A stretch of 64,000 bases of DNA from Pirellulales bacterium (GCA_963733035.1 CAVTBU010000008.1:1-64000), one strand, 5' to 3'; counted from the first letter of the stretch, positions 27,860 through 38,754 are shown. Program-made: numbers and translations. Notes: a model not told the origin generated them from the letters alone.

Positions 27860-28387
27860 TTACGTGCCGCTCGCCTGCGCCTGCAAGCTGGCCGGTATCG
27901 ACAGCGGCTCCCCCGCGGCGTCGCGACCCACGTCGAACACCCCCAGCAGCTTCAACATCGCCAGCAGGCTCGGCGGATCGAACAGCGACTTGCTCCCCGC
28001 CACCGTCTCGCTCAGGTGCGCAAAGAACAACTGCACCTCCGCCTGCAAACGAGGGCCCACGTGGCTCGTCCCGCTCACGATCGCCCCGTCCTTATGGATA
28101 TCGTCTATCGTCACCTGATAGACCAGCGTGTCACCCGGACTCGCCGAGAAGTGGAACCGCGCCTTGGCCACCTTCGCCAGCACCACCCGCTCCTCGAAGT
28201 CCCCATGCTCGGCCACCAGCAGACCGCCCGTCTGCGCCAAACCCTCGATCACCAACGCATTGGGCATCAGCGGCGCGCCGGGGAAGTGATCGTGCAGGTG
28301 GCCCTCGGCCAGCGACACGTTCTTCAACGCCGTCGCCGTCCGACCACTCTCAAACTGCGTGAATCGATCAATCCAAAACCAACGCAT
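27860..28387 (-). CDS. FabZ-like hotdog dehydratase (copy 2)
   Basis: Protein identical to 14136-14663. Confidence 0.9.
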   Translation of the reverse strand: MRWFWIDRFTQFESGRTATALKNVSLAEGHLHDHFPGAPLMPNALVIEGLAQTGGLLVAEHGDFEERVVLAKVAKARFHFSASPGDTLVYQVTIDDIHKDGAIVSGTSHVGPRLQAEVQLFFAHLSETVAGSKSLFDPPSLLAMLKLLGVFDVGRDAAGEPLSIPASLQAQASGT

Positions 28388-28501
28388 GATGCTTAGGCCT
28401 GAGGCTCAAGACTCGAGGCTTGTGGAACCGAAAGGCGGAACTCAGCAGGATCCACGATGAGCAGGACCCGGCTTCATCCCCCCAAATGCATCCGGCCCCC
28501 C

Positions 28502-28891
28502 TCACGCTCCCACTTTGCTCTCCACGTAGCGGCACATGTCCTGCACCGTCAGCAGGTTCCCAAAATCCTGCACCACCGGGTTGGCAGAAAACGCCGACAG
28601 GTCCGCAAACGGCATCCGGGCCTCCAACTGCTTCAGCCCCTCGGCCGTCACCTTCCCGTTCTGCACAAACTGCGCGTTCGTCAAAATATCCTCCGGAAAC
28701 AACTCCCCACGAGGAATCTTGATGTCAAACGACTTCTCCAGACGGAACACAATGTCCAAAAAGTCTATCGACTCCGCTCCCAAGTCTCCCACCAATCGCG
28801 CTCCCGGCGTCACCTCCTCCTCGTCCACTCCCAACGCATCCACCAACGACTCCTGAACCTTCGAAAATACCTCCTCCTTCGTCACCACCAT
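28502..28891 (-). CDS. Extended acyl carrier protein (copy 2)
   Basis: Protein identical to 14778-15167. Confidence 0.92.
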   Translation of the reverse strand: MVVTKEEVFSKVQESLVDALGVDEEEVTPGARLVGDLGAESIDFLDIVFRLEKSFDIKIPRGELFPEDILTNAQFVQNGKVTAEGLKQLEARMPFADLSAFSANPVVQDFGNLLTVQDMCRYVESKVGA

Positions 28892-29291
28892 CGCTCACAT
28901 CCTCCGTTTAACGTATCGAATTGAAATCCTTGGAATGCTCGATGTTCACCACGGCATCGTCCTCGAAGCTGGACATCAACCCGAAGGGCAATGACCGGAG
29001 TGGCCCGCCGCACGCGCGTACCGGCTCGTCGAGAGCGCGAACTGCGGCGGAAGGACCGGTGGCGACTTCGACCCGTATGTATATCGGCCGCACAATCGTT
29101 ATTCGTCCACTAACTCGCAACGAGCAGCATACCGTGTCAACCTAGGGCACTCAAGCAGCCTGGAAGGTCCAGCCGACTGGGGCCGGCTGGCGGCTAAAAT
29201 CACATTAGTGAACCCCTGCGGATCAGCTGGCACCATAGTGCCGATGGCCTAGTTTATAATGAAATGGTCGTGAGGGGAGGACAAAAGCGCC

Positions 29292-29906
29292 ATGTCGCTG
29301 GTTGGATTGCTACTACTAATGCCGTTGCTCGCCGCCCAAGCTCCGGCCGCCGGCCCGGTTCCACCGAAGATCGTAGTCTTCCTGGAGAAATGCGAGGATA
29401 CACGGCGAGGTGCAATCCTGCAGATCGAACATCAACTGCGCGGACTTCGACGCGAGACCCCCGCAAGCAAGCAAACCATTCGTCAGATCAATCTGCTGGA
29501 AGAGCAGTTACGTACGCTGCATACCAACAAGACGCTTCTCGTTCCGCCGCTTTCCTTTCCACCGCAGACCGGCTCCATTGGCCGCCTGGATGGCCTCGCA
29601 TGCCATGTCGATCAGGTTGTCGACCGCCAGGAACTGCTGGTCAACTGCTTCTTTCGGGTTCCCATTACGACGGTACGTAACTTCCAGCGTTATCGAGAAA
29701 CGGTCACCCAGAGCGTCCCATTCTTGATTCGCGGACTGGACACCAGAAGCTTCAAGGAGGGTCAGGATGCTGAAATTCCGGGGGTTTTTGAGGTCTCGAG
29801 TACCGAACGCTACCGAACCCAAAGCGGCGGCTACAGGCAGGTAATCGTGCTAACCCCGTTTGATTTGCAAGTGGTGGACCAGTATCGAAACGCCACTCCG
29901 GACTGA
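29292..29906 (+). CDS. Hypothetical exported protein
   Basis: GGAGG RBS, signal peptide MSLVGLLLLMPLLAAQA, 204 aa. Confidence 0.7.
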   Translation: MSLVGLLLLMPLLAAQAPAAGPVPPKIVVFLEKCEDTRRGAILQIEHQLRGLRRETPASKQTIRQINLLEEQLRTLHTNKTLLVPPLSFPPQTGSIGRLDGLACHVDQVVDRQELLVNCFFRVPITTVRNFQRYRETVTQSVPFLIRGLDTRSFKEGQDAEIPGVFEVSSTERYRTQSGGYRQVIVLTPFDLQVVDQYRNATPD

Positions 29907-30182
29907 CATCCGGTGTCCACAACTCGCGAATACCGCTACTGGGCGGAATTTTAACCCTTCCTTAGACCCGGTATTGGCCCATAATTCGCTACCGCCAAGC
30001 TGGGGTTTACCGTCCCCATGCTGGACGCAGCGAACCTTACGAGCTGACTCCCTTTGATGTGGGGGTCCGACGCGAGGATTCTATTGGTATGATAATTCCA
30101 AACGGTGTGACTGCACTTTCGCTGCGCAGGCGCGCGCGACTTCGCGTTAGTCTCAGAGCACCTTGGCTTTAGGGGTTGAGTG

Positions 30183-30815
30183 ATGAGCATTAAATTGCTG
30201 ATCGCAGATGATCATGAGGTCGTGCGGGCGGGCCTCCGAAGTTTGCTTGCGGGTACAGACATCAAGATTGTGGCAGAAGCCCCATCTGGGGAACAGGCAG
30301 TGCGTTTGGCGCTCAAACATGAGCCGGATGTCGTTCTAATCGACATCCGTATGCCGGACGGCGATGGCCTGAACGCTCTGGGACGAATCAAACTCGATCG
30401 GCCCAACATGCCGATCCTAATCCTTTCGACCTACGATAATCCAACCTACGTGGCGCGGGCAGTGGCCCTCGGAGCCAATGGCTTCTTGCTCAAGGGTCTC
30501 ACGAAAGACAAGCTGATCGAAGCAATCCGTACCGCCGCGACCGGTCAGAATGTCTGGACTCGCGACGAGTTGCGGCGCGTGACTGGTGCCTTGGCGACGC
30601 CGCGATTGGCAGCGGACGTCGAAGTGCCCCTCACGCAACGCGAGAGCGAAGTGCTTCGCCAATTGGCCTTTGGACTGACAAACAAAGAAATTGCCATGGC
30701 CCTGCACATCAGCTACGAGACGGTAAAAGAGCACGTTCAGCATATTCTGCGTAAGATCGGCGTTTCGGATCGGACTCAGGCAGCCGTCTGGGCCGTCCGA
30801 AAGGGACTGGTGTGA
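30183..30815 (+). CDS. NarL/LuxR-family response regulator; no adjacent kinase
   Basis: LIADDHEVVR, DIRMPDGDG, LTQRESEVL..GLTNKEIA..TVKEHV. Confidence 0.95.
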   Translation: MSIKLLIADDHEVVRAGLRSLLAGTDIKIVAEAPSGEQAVRLALKHEPDVVLIDIRMPDGDGLNALGRIKLDRPNMPILILSTYDNPTYVARAVALGANGFLLKGLTKDKLIEAIRTAATGQNVWTRDELRRVTGALATPRLAADVEVPLTQRESEVLRQLAFGLTNKEIAMALHISYETVKEHVQHILRKIGVSDRTQAAVWAVRKGLV

Positions 30816-30936
30816 GCTTTCAGGGTGACCACCGGACGCCAAATGATCAAACTGATCACACAGCGGCCGGCTTGCCCGTGAGATCTCCGTTTCCTCCCTG
30901 GCAGCGCCCGGACGGAATCTTTGTCACGAGACGCCT

Positions 30937-32289
30937 GTGTCCAAGCCGACCGACATTCGACTTTGCGCGGCGACCGCGTTGACCCAACGCATCGACTATC
31001 GCACGCCGATCAAGTTCGGCGGACGTGTTGTGAATGACGTCACGCTGTTGGATGTAGCCGTTGAAGTGGAGACCAGTTCGGGCGATCGCGCCACGGGGCT
31101 CGGTTCGATGCCGCTGGGAAACGTTTGGGCTTGGCCCACCCAGAAGGTTTCGAGTGACCAAACACTCGATGCCATGTTGACGCTCTCTAAGCGGTTCGTC
31201 AGCGACGCAGACCGAAGTCATCTCACGGGTCACCCGCTAGACATCACCAGCGAGTTGGCCGCCGGTCACACAGCCGCAGTGACCGATGTGTGGCAAGCCC
31301 TTGGCATCGACGAAGCGATTCCCGAGCTGGCGCAGCTCGTTTCGGCCAGCCCGCTCGAAGCGGCAATTCACGACGCCTACGGCAAGGTTCATGGGCAGAA
31401 CTCGTACAATCTGCTCGGGCCGGAGTGGGTTAGCGCCGATCTCGGGCACTACCTATCGTCCGACTTCGCCGGCGAATATCTCGATCGCTACACCCTGCGG
31501 ACGCCGAAACCCCGAATGCCGATCTACCATCTGGTGGGCGCACTCGACCCACTGACCGATTCCGACGTCGACAAACCAATCGGTGACGGGCTGCCCGAAA
31601 CACTTCCGCAGTGGATCGCTGCGGACGGCCTGACGCATTTAAAAATCAAGCTCGCCGGCGACGATCTGGCTTGGGATGTCGAGCGAGTCGTTGCCGTGGA
31701 AGCCGTCGCCGCCCCCGCGCAAAAGGCACGCGGCTGCCAGGCGTGGAACTACTCCCTTGATTTCAACGAAAAGTGCGCCAACGTCGACTACATTCTGGAG
31801 TTCCTCGCCACGTTGGAGGCGAGGTCCGCAGACGCCTTTCGACGCGTGCAATATATCGAACAGCCGACACATCGCGACCTGAAGGCGCATCCCGAGAATC
31901 GCATGCACGCGGCCGCCAAGATCAAACCCGTCGTGATCGACGAGTCGCTGGTCGATTTCGAGAGCTTGCTGCTGTGCCGCGAACTCGGTTACACCGGCGT
32001 TGCGCTCAAGGCGTGCAAGGGACATACCGAGGCACTTTTGATGGGAGCGGCAGCGCAAAAGTACGGCATGTTTCTGTGCGTGCAGGATCTCACTTGTCCG
32101 GGGCGCTCATTCTTGCATTCGGCCAGCCTCTCGGCACGGCTGCCCACGGTGGCTGCCATCGAAGGCAATGCACGACAGTACTGCCCGGCCGGAAATCGCG
32201 GCTGGTCCGATCGCTTCCCCGCGATGTTTCAGGTCACTGACGGCACGCTGGGCACGGCGGTACTCGACGGCGTCGGCCTGGGCTTCTGA
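30937..32289 (+). CDS. Enolase-superfamily (mandelate racemase/muconate lactonizing-like) protein
   Basis: HLKIKL, LDFNE, YIEQP, VIDES, VALKACK. Confidence 0.85.
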   Translation: MSKPTDIRLCAATALTQRIDYRTPIKFGGRVVNDVTLLDVAVEVETSSGDRATGLGSMPLGNVWAWPTQKVSSDQTLDAMLTLSKRFVSDADRSHLTGHPLDITSELAAGHTAAVTDVWQALGIDEAIPELAQLVSASPLEAAIHDAYGKVHGQNSYNLLGPEWVSADLGHYLSSDFAGEYLDRYTLRTPKPRMPIYHLVGALDPLTDSDVDKPIGDGLPETLPQWIAADGLTHLKIKLAGDDLAWDVERVVAVEAVAAPAQKARGCQAWNYSLDFNEKCANVDYILEFLATLEARSADAFRRVQYIEQPTHRDLKAHPENRMHAAAKIKPVVIDESLVDFESLLLCRELGYTGVALKACKGHTEALLMGAAAQKYGMFLCVQDLTCPGRSFLHSASLSARLPTVAAIEGNARQYCPAGNRGWSDRFPAMFQVTDGTLGTAVLDGVGLGF

Positions 32290-32427
32290 TGCGAACCTGT
32301 CGGCGGTAGCCAGGGCAATGAATGAGGTACCATTGTCGCAAGCCCGCGTCAGCTTCCTGTTGAAATGCAGCGAGTGACGATCATCGAGCCGACACTCACC
32401 GGTGTAGTTAGCTTGGCCGTCGATGGC

Positions 32428-33186
32428 TCACGGTAGCATCACCCGCCCGCCGCAGGCCACCAGCGTTTGCCCGACCATAAACCGCGACGCTTCGCTCAAG
32501 AGGAAATGCACGACGTCTGCGATTTCCTCCGGTTGACCGATGCGCTTCATCGGGGTCTGGTCGACGATTCGGTCGAGAACTTCCCGATCGACGTCGTCGA
32601 TGATTTCGGTTTCGATCAGGCCGGGGGCGACGGCGTTCATGCGGATGTTGTGGCGGATCAGCGCTTCGGAGGCGCTTTTGGTAAAGCCGATCACGCCGGC
32701 CTTGCTGGCCGAGTAGGCGATGCCATAGGGCCGGCTGCGGAGACCCGAAATCGACGACATGTTGACGATCCGCCCGAAATTGCGGTCGATCATCTGACCC
32801 TTGACCGCCCAGGTGACGATGTACAAGCCGGTCAGATTGACGTCGATCGTCCGCCGCCAATGATCGAGCGAGGCCTCGTCGTGCGTGACGTACTCAAAGA
32901 TGCCGGCGTTGTTGACCAGCATGTCGATGGGCCCCAACTGGTCGTTGATTCGGGCGACCATCGCCGCAACCGATTTTTCATCGGCGACGTTGGCCTGCAC
33001 GGTCATCGCCTGGCCGCCCGCATCTTTGACCAACCGGGCCGTTTCCAGGGCATCGGATTCCTTCGAGTGGAAGTTCACTGCCACGCGAGCGCCGGCCTGG
33101 CCCAGCCGCACGCAGCAGGCGCGGCCGATTCCGCGCGAGCCGCCAGTCACGAGAATCGTGCGATCTTGAAAGTCGGGTTCGGGCAT
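32428..33186 (-). CDS. SDR-family oxidoreductase (FabG-like)
   Basis: TGGSRGIG, VNNAGI, YSASKAG, VAPGLIET. Confidence 0.92.
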   Translation of the reverse strand: MPEPDFQDRTILVTGGSRGIGRACCVRLGQAGARVAVNFHSKESDALETARLVKDAGGQAMTVQANVADEKSVAAMVARINDQLGPIDMLVNNAGIFEYVTHDEASLDHWRRTIDVNLTGLYIVTWAVKGQMIDRNFGRIVNMSSISGLRSRPYGIAYSASKAGVIGFTKSASEALIRHNIRMNAVAPGLIETEIIDDVDREVLDRIVDQTPMKRIGQPEEIADVVHFLLSEASRFMVGQTLVACGGRVMLP

Positions 33187-33292
33187 GAGTTCCTCGCTGA
33201 GCGCGTTTGATTACCTATTCGAACCGGGTACGAGACTGCCATGGCGCTTGTCGCGCCGCTCAAATCGACCGTTGCGATCCAACAGGCGCCGT

Positions 33293-36094
33293 TCAACCAG
33301 TGTTCTTGAGGCCGGCGGCGATGCCGTTGATCGTAATAAACAGCGTGTGTAACGTCGCGGCCGCGGCTTCTTCGTCGGCGTCACAGTCGCGCAGCTCGCG
33401 AAGCAACCGTACCTGAATGAAGTTTAACGGATCGACGTACGGGTTGCGAAGTCGGATCGAGCGTTGCAGGGTGGGTTCGTTATCGAGAATGGTCTTCTGG
33501 CCGGAGACACGCGTCACCCAGTGCACGGTCTGTTCGAACGCGGACTTGATGGCACAGTAAACCCGCTCGCGAATGACGTCGTCCTTGACCAGATCGGCGT
33601 AAAGCCGTGCGATTCCCATATCCGACTTGCCGAGCGCGAGTTGTACGTTGTCGATCATCGTGCCAAAGAACGGCCAGTGCCGATACATGTCCCGCAGCAT
33701 CGCCAGACGCTCGTCCCGCTGATCGCCAGCCCCAACAAACGACTCCAGGGCCTGTCCCACACCAAACCAGGCCGGCAGGTTGTGCCGGCTTTGCATCCAG
33801 CTAAAGCCCCAGGGAATAGCCCGCAAGCCGGCAAACACGTCGCCTCCCTTGCGCCGCGCGGGTCGCGAGCCAATGCGCATGCCGCTCAGCTCATTGATTG
33901 GTGTTGCCTCCTGCCAATATTCGAGCACGTCGGGCGTTTCATAAATGAACGTGCGGTACGCCTGGAACGCGATGGCTGCCAGCTCGTCCATGGCGGCCGT
34001 CCAAGCCGGCTTGGGAGTGGCGTGCCGCTTGTGCGCCGGCGAGGACGCGACCAGCACGGCACTGACAAGTTGTTCGAGATGGCGCTCGGCAATTTCGGGA
34101 TGAAAGTAAAAGTCGTTGATTACTTCGCCCTGTTCGGTGATGCGGATCCTGCCTTCGACCGAACCAGGCGGCTGGGCCAGGATGGCGCGGTTCGTCGGCC
34201 CGCCGCCACGTGCGATCGTGCCGCCGCGTCCATGGAAAAGCGTCAATCCAACGTTGTGCTTGCGACAGCATTCCGCCAGACGGTCCTGGGCCTGGTATAG
34301 TTCCCAAGTGGCCGTGAGGTAGCCCGCATCCTTGTTGCTGTCGGAGTAGCCGATCATCACAATCTGCTCGCTCGCTTGTGCCGCTAGATGGGCGCGATAA
34401 CTAGGATGAGCGAACAGCGTCTCCATGATTTGAGGCGCATTCAGCAGGTCCTGCCGCGTCTCGAAAAGCGGCGCGATTGCCGGCAGCGAAAGTCCGCTGC
34501 CGTTGCCGCGCAGGCACAATCCGTGCCACTTGGCCAGCAGGAGCACGGCCAGCACGTCGTCGACCCCCTTGGTCATGCTGATGATGTACGGACCAATCAA
34601 CTCCGGACCATACAATTCGACCGCCCGACCGATGACAAGAAACAGCCGCAACGTTTCCGCCGTCGGCTCGGAGTATTCCTTCGGCTGGCCCAAGGCCGGC
34701 GTTCCGGCGGCCAGTTGCGCGGTGAGCAGTTCGGCCCGTTGATCGGAGGACAGGTCCAGATAGTTCGGCGAGATCATCAATCTTTTGAAGATCTCGGCCA
34801 AAGCCTGATCGTGAGCGTCGCTAAGCTGACGGAAGTCGAGCCGGGCCACGTTGACGCCAAATACTCGGGCCTGGATCAGGGCATCCTTCAGATCGGCGTC
34901 GGCGATCAGATCCGTCTCTCCGTTTCGCAAACTCTGATCGATGCGCTCGAGCGGTTTGATCAGGTCGGCCGCCGAACGGATAGGTGCCATCGGAGAATTG
35001 TCGTTTTCAAGCAACCGCGACTTCACCGGATCGCGATTGGTATCATCGAGATCCGCCTTCAGGGCCGCCGCCAGCAGCCGGTAGGGCTCTTGCGGATACT
35101 GTTGAGCCAGGAACTGTACGTGGCGTGAAAAGTCGGCGGCCTCTTCCTGCAACAAGGCCAACATTTCTGGGCTGGGCTTGTGCAACAGCTCGGAGAGGCT
35201 CAGCGAACGATTCAACGACCGGGCCGTTTCGGCGTGCTTCGACAGGGCCAGTCCTCGGTGCAGGCGGAATGTTTCGGCTGTGACGAAGGCAGTCACGTGC
35301 GGATTGCCGTCGCGGTCGCCACCGATCCAACTTCCAAACGTCAAAAATCGATCGGGCAACTCCACGGTCGGGTAGAACTCGGCCAGTGCTGCTTCCATGG
35401 CACGATAAACCCGCGGCACAACGTCCCAGAGCGTCGTTTCAAAATAGTGCAGGCCGGTCTTCACCTCGTCGGTCACAAGAGGTTTTGCCACGCGGCTTTG
35501 AGCCGTGAGCCAGAGGATCGTAATTTCGGCTAGGAGCTCTTGGCGAACCCGGGCGTCTTCCGACGGGAGCAAATTGCCGTTGTCGATTTGATACAAACAT
35601 TGTCCGATGTGCCGCAGCTTGGAGATCAGCGTGCGGCGTTTGGCTTCGGTGGGATGCGCGGTGAAGACCGGTTCGATTTGTAGCCGGTTGACGATCCGCT
35701 GCATTTCGAACTCGTCGACACCGGACCGCCACATTTCTCCGACTGCCGCTTTGATGGATTCGTCAATCGATCGCGGCGATTCAGCCCGAATCCGACCCCT
35801 GAGAACCCTTGCCCGATGCTGGTCCTCGGCCACGTTGATGAGTTGGAAGTAAACCGTAAAGGCCCGGGACACGTCTTGGAGTTCCTGCATACCGAGGCCG
35901 TCGACCAGGTCGCTAATCTTGGCGGTCACCTCGGCGGCCGAGTCCTTGTCACCACGACGCACCTTCGAAAGGGCACGGAAGCGCTCCTCAAGATCGTAGA
36001 CGTCGACACCTGCTTGTCGGCGAATGACTCTTCCGAGAAGATCGCCCAGCAGGTGAATATCGGCCGAAAGAGCCTTTTGAGAGGGTTTGTGCAT
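33293..36094 (-). CDS. ppc: Phosphoenolpyruvate carboxylase
   Basis: VFTAHPTE, SWIGGDRDGNP, VMIGYSDSNKD, FHGRGGTIARGG, LRAIPW, C-terminal AAGLKNTG. Confidence 0.97.
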   Translation of the reverse strand: MHKPSQKALSADIHLLGDLLGRVIRRQAGVDVYDLEERFRALSKVRRGDKDSAAEVTAKISDLVDGLGMQELQDVSRAFTVYFQLINVAEDQHRARVLRGRIRAESPRSIDESIKAAVGEMWRSGVDEFEMQRIVNRLQIEPVFTAHPTEAKRRTLISKLRHIGQCLYQIDNGNLLPSEDARVRQELLAEITILWLTAQSRVAKPLVTDEVKTGLHYFETTLWDVVPRVYRAMEAALAEFYPTVELPDRFLTFGSWIGGDRDGNPHVTAFVTAETFRLHRGLALSKHAETARSLNRSLSLSELLHKPSPEMLALLQEEAADFSRHVQFLAQQYPQEPYRLLAAALKADLDDTNRDPVKSRLLENDNSPMAPIRSAADLIKPLERIDQSLRNGETDLIADADLKDALIQARVFGVNVARLDFRQLSDAHDQALAEIFKRLMISPNYLDLSSDQRAELLTAQLAAGTPALGQPKEYSEPTAETLRLFLVIGRAVELYGPELIGPYIISMTKGVDDVLAVLLLAKWHGLCLRGNGSGLSLPAIAPLFETRQDLLNAPQIMETLFAHPSYRAHLAAQASEQIVMIGYSDSNKDAGYLTATWELYQAQDRLAECCRKHNVGLTLFHGRGGTIARGGGPTNRAILAQPPGSVEGRIRITEQGEVINDFYFHPEIAERHLEQLVSAVLVASSPAHKRHATPKPAWTAAMDELAAIAFQAYRTFIYETPDVLEYWQEATPINELSGMRIGSRPARRKGGDVFAGLRAIPWGFSWMQSRHNLPAWFGVGQALESFVGAGDQRDERLAMLRDMYRHWPFFGTMIDNVQLALGKSDMGIARLYADLVKDDVIRERVYCAIKSAFEQTVHWVTRVSGQKTILDNEPTLQRSIRLRNPYVDPLNFIQVRLLRELRDCDADEEAAAATLHTLFITINGIAAGLKNTG

Positions 36095-36347
36095 GCGAAG
36101 GCTGAGTTCAGGGGGATACGGGAAAGTTCGCGCAGCGCACCGCCGGCCCGCCTGCCTATGAGTTTACCGTGTGGCCCGCTTCCACAGAATGGGGCGTTGC
36201 CGTCTATCAGCACCGGCCCGTGGCTCTACTCTCTTGGCGTTTCAAACCAGGCACGGAATCTCCGCACCCAACTCGATACAATAACTCGCAAAGCACCTGC
36301 TAACTTGTCGGATTCGTACACTCGCGCCTGGCGCCGGAGTTCTGACG

Positions 36348-37394
36348 ATGAACTTGGACCACTTTCCTCGAGTACCGCTCTGTCACAGGCCGACTCCACT
36401 CGAACCGTTGCACAGGCTGACGGCACATTTGGGTGGGCCAAGGCTATTTGTGAAGCGTGATGATTGCACCGGATTGGCCATCGGCGGCAACAAGACCCGT
36501 AAACTCGAATTCCTGATGGCCGACGCAATCCAGCATGGAGCGACCACGGTGGTAACCGTCGGCGGAGTACAGTCGAATCATTGCCGGCAAACAGCGGCTG
36601 CCGCCGCGAAGCTGGGACTGAAGTGCGAACTGGTGTTGCCGCATTTGTCCCACTTCGGCAGCTCGACGTACGACGTTGGTGGAAACGTCCTGCTCGATCG
36701 GCTCTTGGGCGCGACACTTCACATTGTCGACTCGATGGACTCGGCACCCGCCCGAGTCCAACAAGTGCTCGAAACAATTCGTCAACGAGGCGAAACGCCG
36801 TACTTCATTCCGGCCGGAGGCTCAACGCCACTGGGCGCGCTCGGCTATGTCGACGCCGCGCTGGAACTAGCGGCGCAAGCCAAAGAGCTGAATCTGCGCA
36901 TCGATCACATTCTGGTCACCACTGGAAGTACCTCAACCCATGCTGGGCTGGTGGTGGGATTTGCCGCAATCGAACAATCCGGCGAGTTCGATTGCCGGCC
37001 ACGCGTGACAGGAATCTCGGTCTACCAACGCCGCGAAGGTGCCGAGACGACGGTGCGCGGGCGGGCTCGCGAGACTGCAGAGCTGGTCGGTTTGGATTGT
37101 CCAGATCTCGAGGATCGCATTGTGGTTACCGATGATTATCTGGGCGGCGGCTACGGCGAACCAACCAATGGCATGCTTGAAGCAGTGGGCCTTGCCGCGC
37201 GACTCGAAGGCTTGCTCATCGACCCCGTCTACACAGGCAAGACAATGGCGGGACTGATCGATCTGGTGCGCCAAGGACACTTTCAAGAATCCGACAATAT
37301 CGTGTTTTGGCACACCGGCGGCACGCCCGCGCTGTTCGCCTACCGCGAGGCTTTTACACCCACCGTTGACGATGCCGCGGAGCATGACGCATGA
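36348..37394 (+). CDS. D-cysteine desulfhydrase / ACC deaminase family PLP enzyme
   Basis: VKRDD..GGNKTRKLEFL, QSNHCRQTAA, DPVYTGK, FWHTGG. Confidence 0.92.
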   Translation: MNLDHFPRVPLCHRPTPLEPLHRLTAHLGGPRLFVKRDDCTGLAIGGNKTRKLEFLMADAIQHGATTVVTVGGVQSNHCRQTAAAAAKLGLKCELVLPHLSHFGSSTYDVGGNVLLDRLLGATLHIVDSMDSAPARVQQVLETIRQRGETPYFIPAGGSTPLGALGYVDAALELAAQAKELNLRIDHILVTTGSTSTHAGLVVGFAAIEQSGEFDCRPRVTGISVYQRREGAETTVRGRARETAELVGLDCPDLEDRIVVTDDYLGGGYGEPTNGMLEAVGLAARLEGLLIDPVYTGKTMAGLIDLVRQGHFQESDNIVFWHTGGTPALFAYREAFTPTVDDAAEHDA

Positions 37395-38569
37395 GTGAAA
37401 CCTGGAGCAATTGGTCCGGCTCGGTTACTTGCAGGCCCCGGCGCATCGTCCAGCCCGGCAGCGAGGAGGAAATTGCCTCGCTCGTCAACCAGGCGTCGTC
37501 GCGCGGTCAAACCGTGCGGGTTTTTGGCAGCGGCCATTCGTTTGTGCCGTTGTGCGCCAGCAACGGCCTGCTGCTTTCGCTCGACAATCTGAGCGGAATT
37601 GAAAGCGTGGACGCCGAGCAACGCGAAGCCACGATTCGCGCCGGTACGAAACTGTGCGACTTGGGCGCGCCGCTGGCCCAACATGGCCTGGCGCTTGAGA
37701 ATCAAGGCGACATCGACAAGCAATCGCTGGCCGGTGCCATTTCCACCGGAACGCACGGTACGGGTCGCGCGCTGGGAAGTATCTCCACGCAAGCGGTCGG
37801 CATGCGATTGATTACCGCCGCGGGCGAGCGGCTGGAGTGCTCACATGACATCGAAGCGAACGTACTTCAATCGCTCGGTGTCTCGCTGGGAGCTTGCGGC
37901 GTCGTGACAGCCATCACGCTGCGGCTGGTACTCGCCTATCGCCTGCACGAACGAACGTGGCGCGAACCGATCGAAGAGTGCTTGTCGCGGCTGGATGAGC
38001 GGATCGCGGCCACGCGGCATTTCGAATTCTTTTGGTACCCCACGACCGATTTGGCATTTTGCAAGGCGCTTCAGCCAACCGATGCGCCGCCCGATCCGAT
38101 GCCCGAACGGGAAGAAGAGCGTATCGACCATAGCTTTCGCATCTTTCCGACGGAGCGCAACGTACGTTTCAACGAAATGGAATATGCCGTGCCGTATGAA
38201 CAAGGGCCGGCCTGTTTCCGCGCGATTCGCACCCTCATGCAGCAGCATCACCCACACGTGACCTGGCCGGTGGAGTATCGGACAGTCGCCGCCGACACGA
38301 TCGATTTAAGCCCGAATCACGCTCGGCCCACTGTGGCGATTTCCATTCACCAGGCGATCGAACTCGAACATCGCGCATTTTTTGGCGACGCCGAGCCGAT
38401 CTTTCGCGCCCACCAAGGGCGTCCCCACTGGGGAAAGATGCACAGCCTTACAGCCGCCGACTTGGCACCACTATATCCCCGCTGGGACGCGTTCCGTGCG
38501 GTGCGTGCAGCGCTCGATCCCCAGGGCATCTTCCTCAACGAGCACCTGCGGCGGCTATTCGTCGATTAG
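37391..38569 (+). CDS. FAD-linked oxidase, sugar-lactone oxidase (ALO) family
   Basis: WSNWSG, GSGHSF, ISTGTHGTG, FNEMEYAVP, GRPHWGK; ATGA overlap with the upstream gene. Confidence 0.9.
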   Translation: MSETWSNWSGSVTCRPRRIVQPGSEEEIASLVNQASSRGQTVRVFGSGHSFVPLCASNGLLLSLDNLSGIESVDAEQREATIRAGTKLCDLGAPLAQHGLALENQGDIDKQSLAGAISTGTHGTGRALGSISTQAVGMRLITAAGERLECSHDIEANVLQSLGVSLGACGVVTAITLRLVLAYRLHERTWREPIEECLSRLDERIAATRHFEFFWYPTTDLAFCKALQPTDAPPDPMPEREEERIDHSFRIFPTERNVRFNEMEYAVPYEQGPACFRAIRTLMQQHHPHVTWPVEYRTVAADTIDLSPNHARPTVAISIHQAIELEHRAFFGDAEPIFRAHQGRPHWGKMHSLTAADLAPLYPRWDAFRAVRAALDPQGIFLNEHLRRLFVD

Positions 38570-38754
38570 CTGCTCAACGCTAGCACGAGGCGCCCGCCGG
38601 TACAGCACCGCTAGCATTCCATTCGGCAAGAATGCTTGTATGGTTCCGCGCCTCGCGGTCGATGTCGAAAAGAGCCCCGTCCGCAAGTCTACACGTGCTC
38701 TCATCCCACGGCTGGGGCATCTTCACTTGGACCGCCCGCTCAGCTACCGGCCCT

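Larger units (their letters stand above)
26490..28912. repeat. Direct repeat copy 2 (~2.42 kb)
   Basis: Matches 12766-15188; about 8 substitutions seen by eye, all in the 3' ~280 bp of the KS gene. Confidence 0.97.

Noticed and set aside
30183..30815. Orphan response regulator as part of a novel system with the fab duplicate
   Set aside because: Orphan NarL-type regulators are common and nothing in the sequence links it to the cassette
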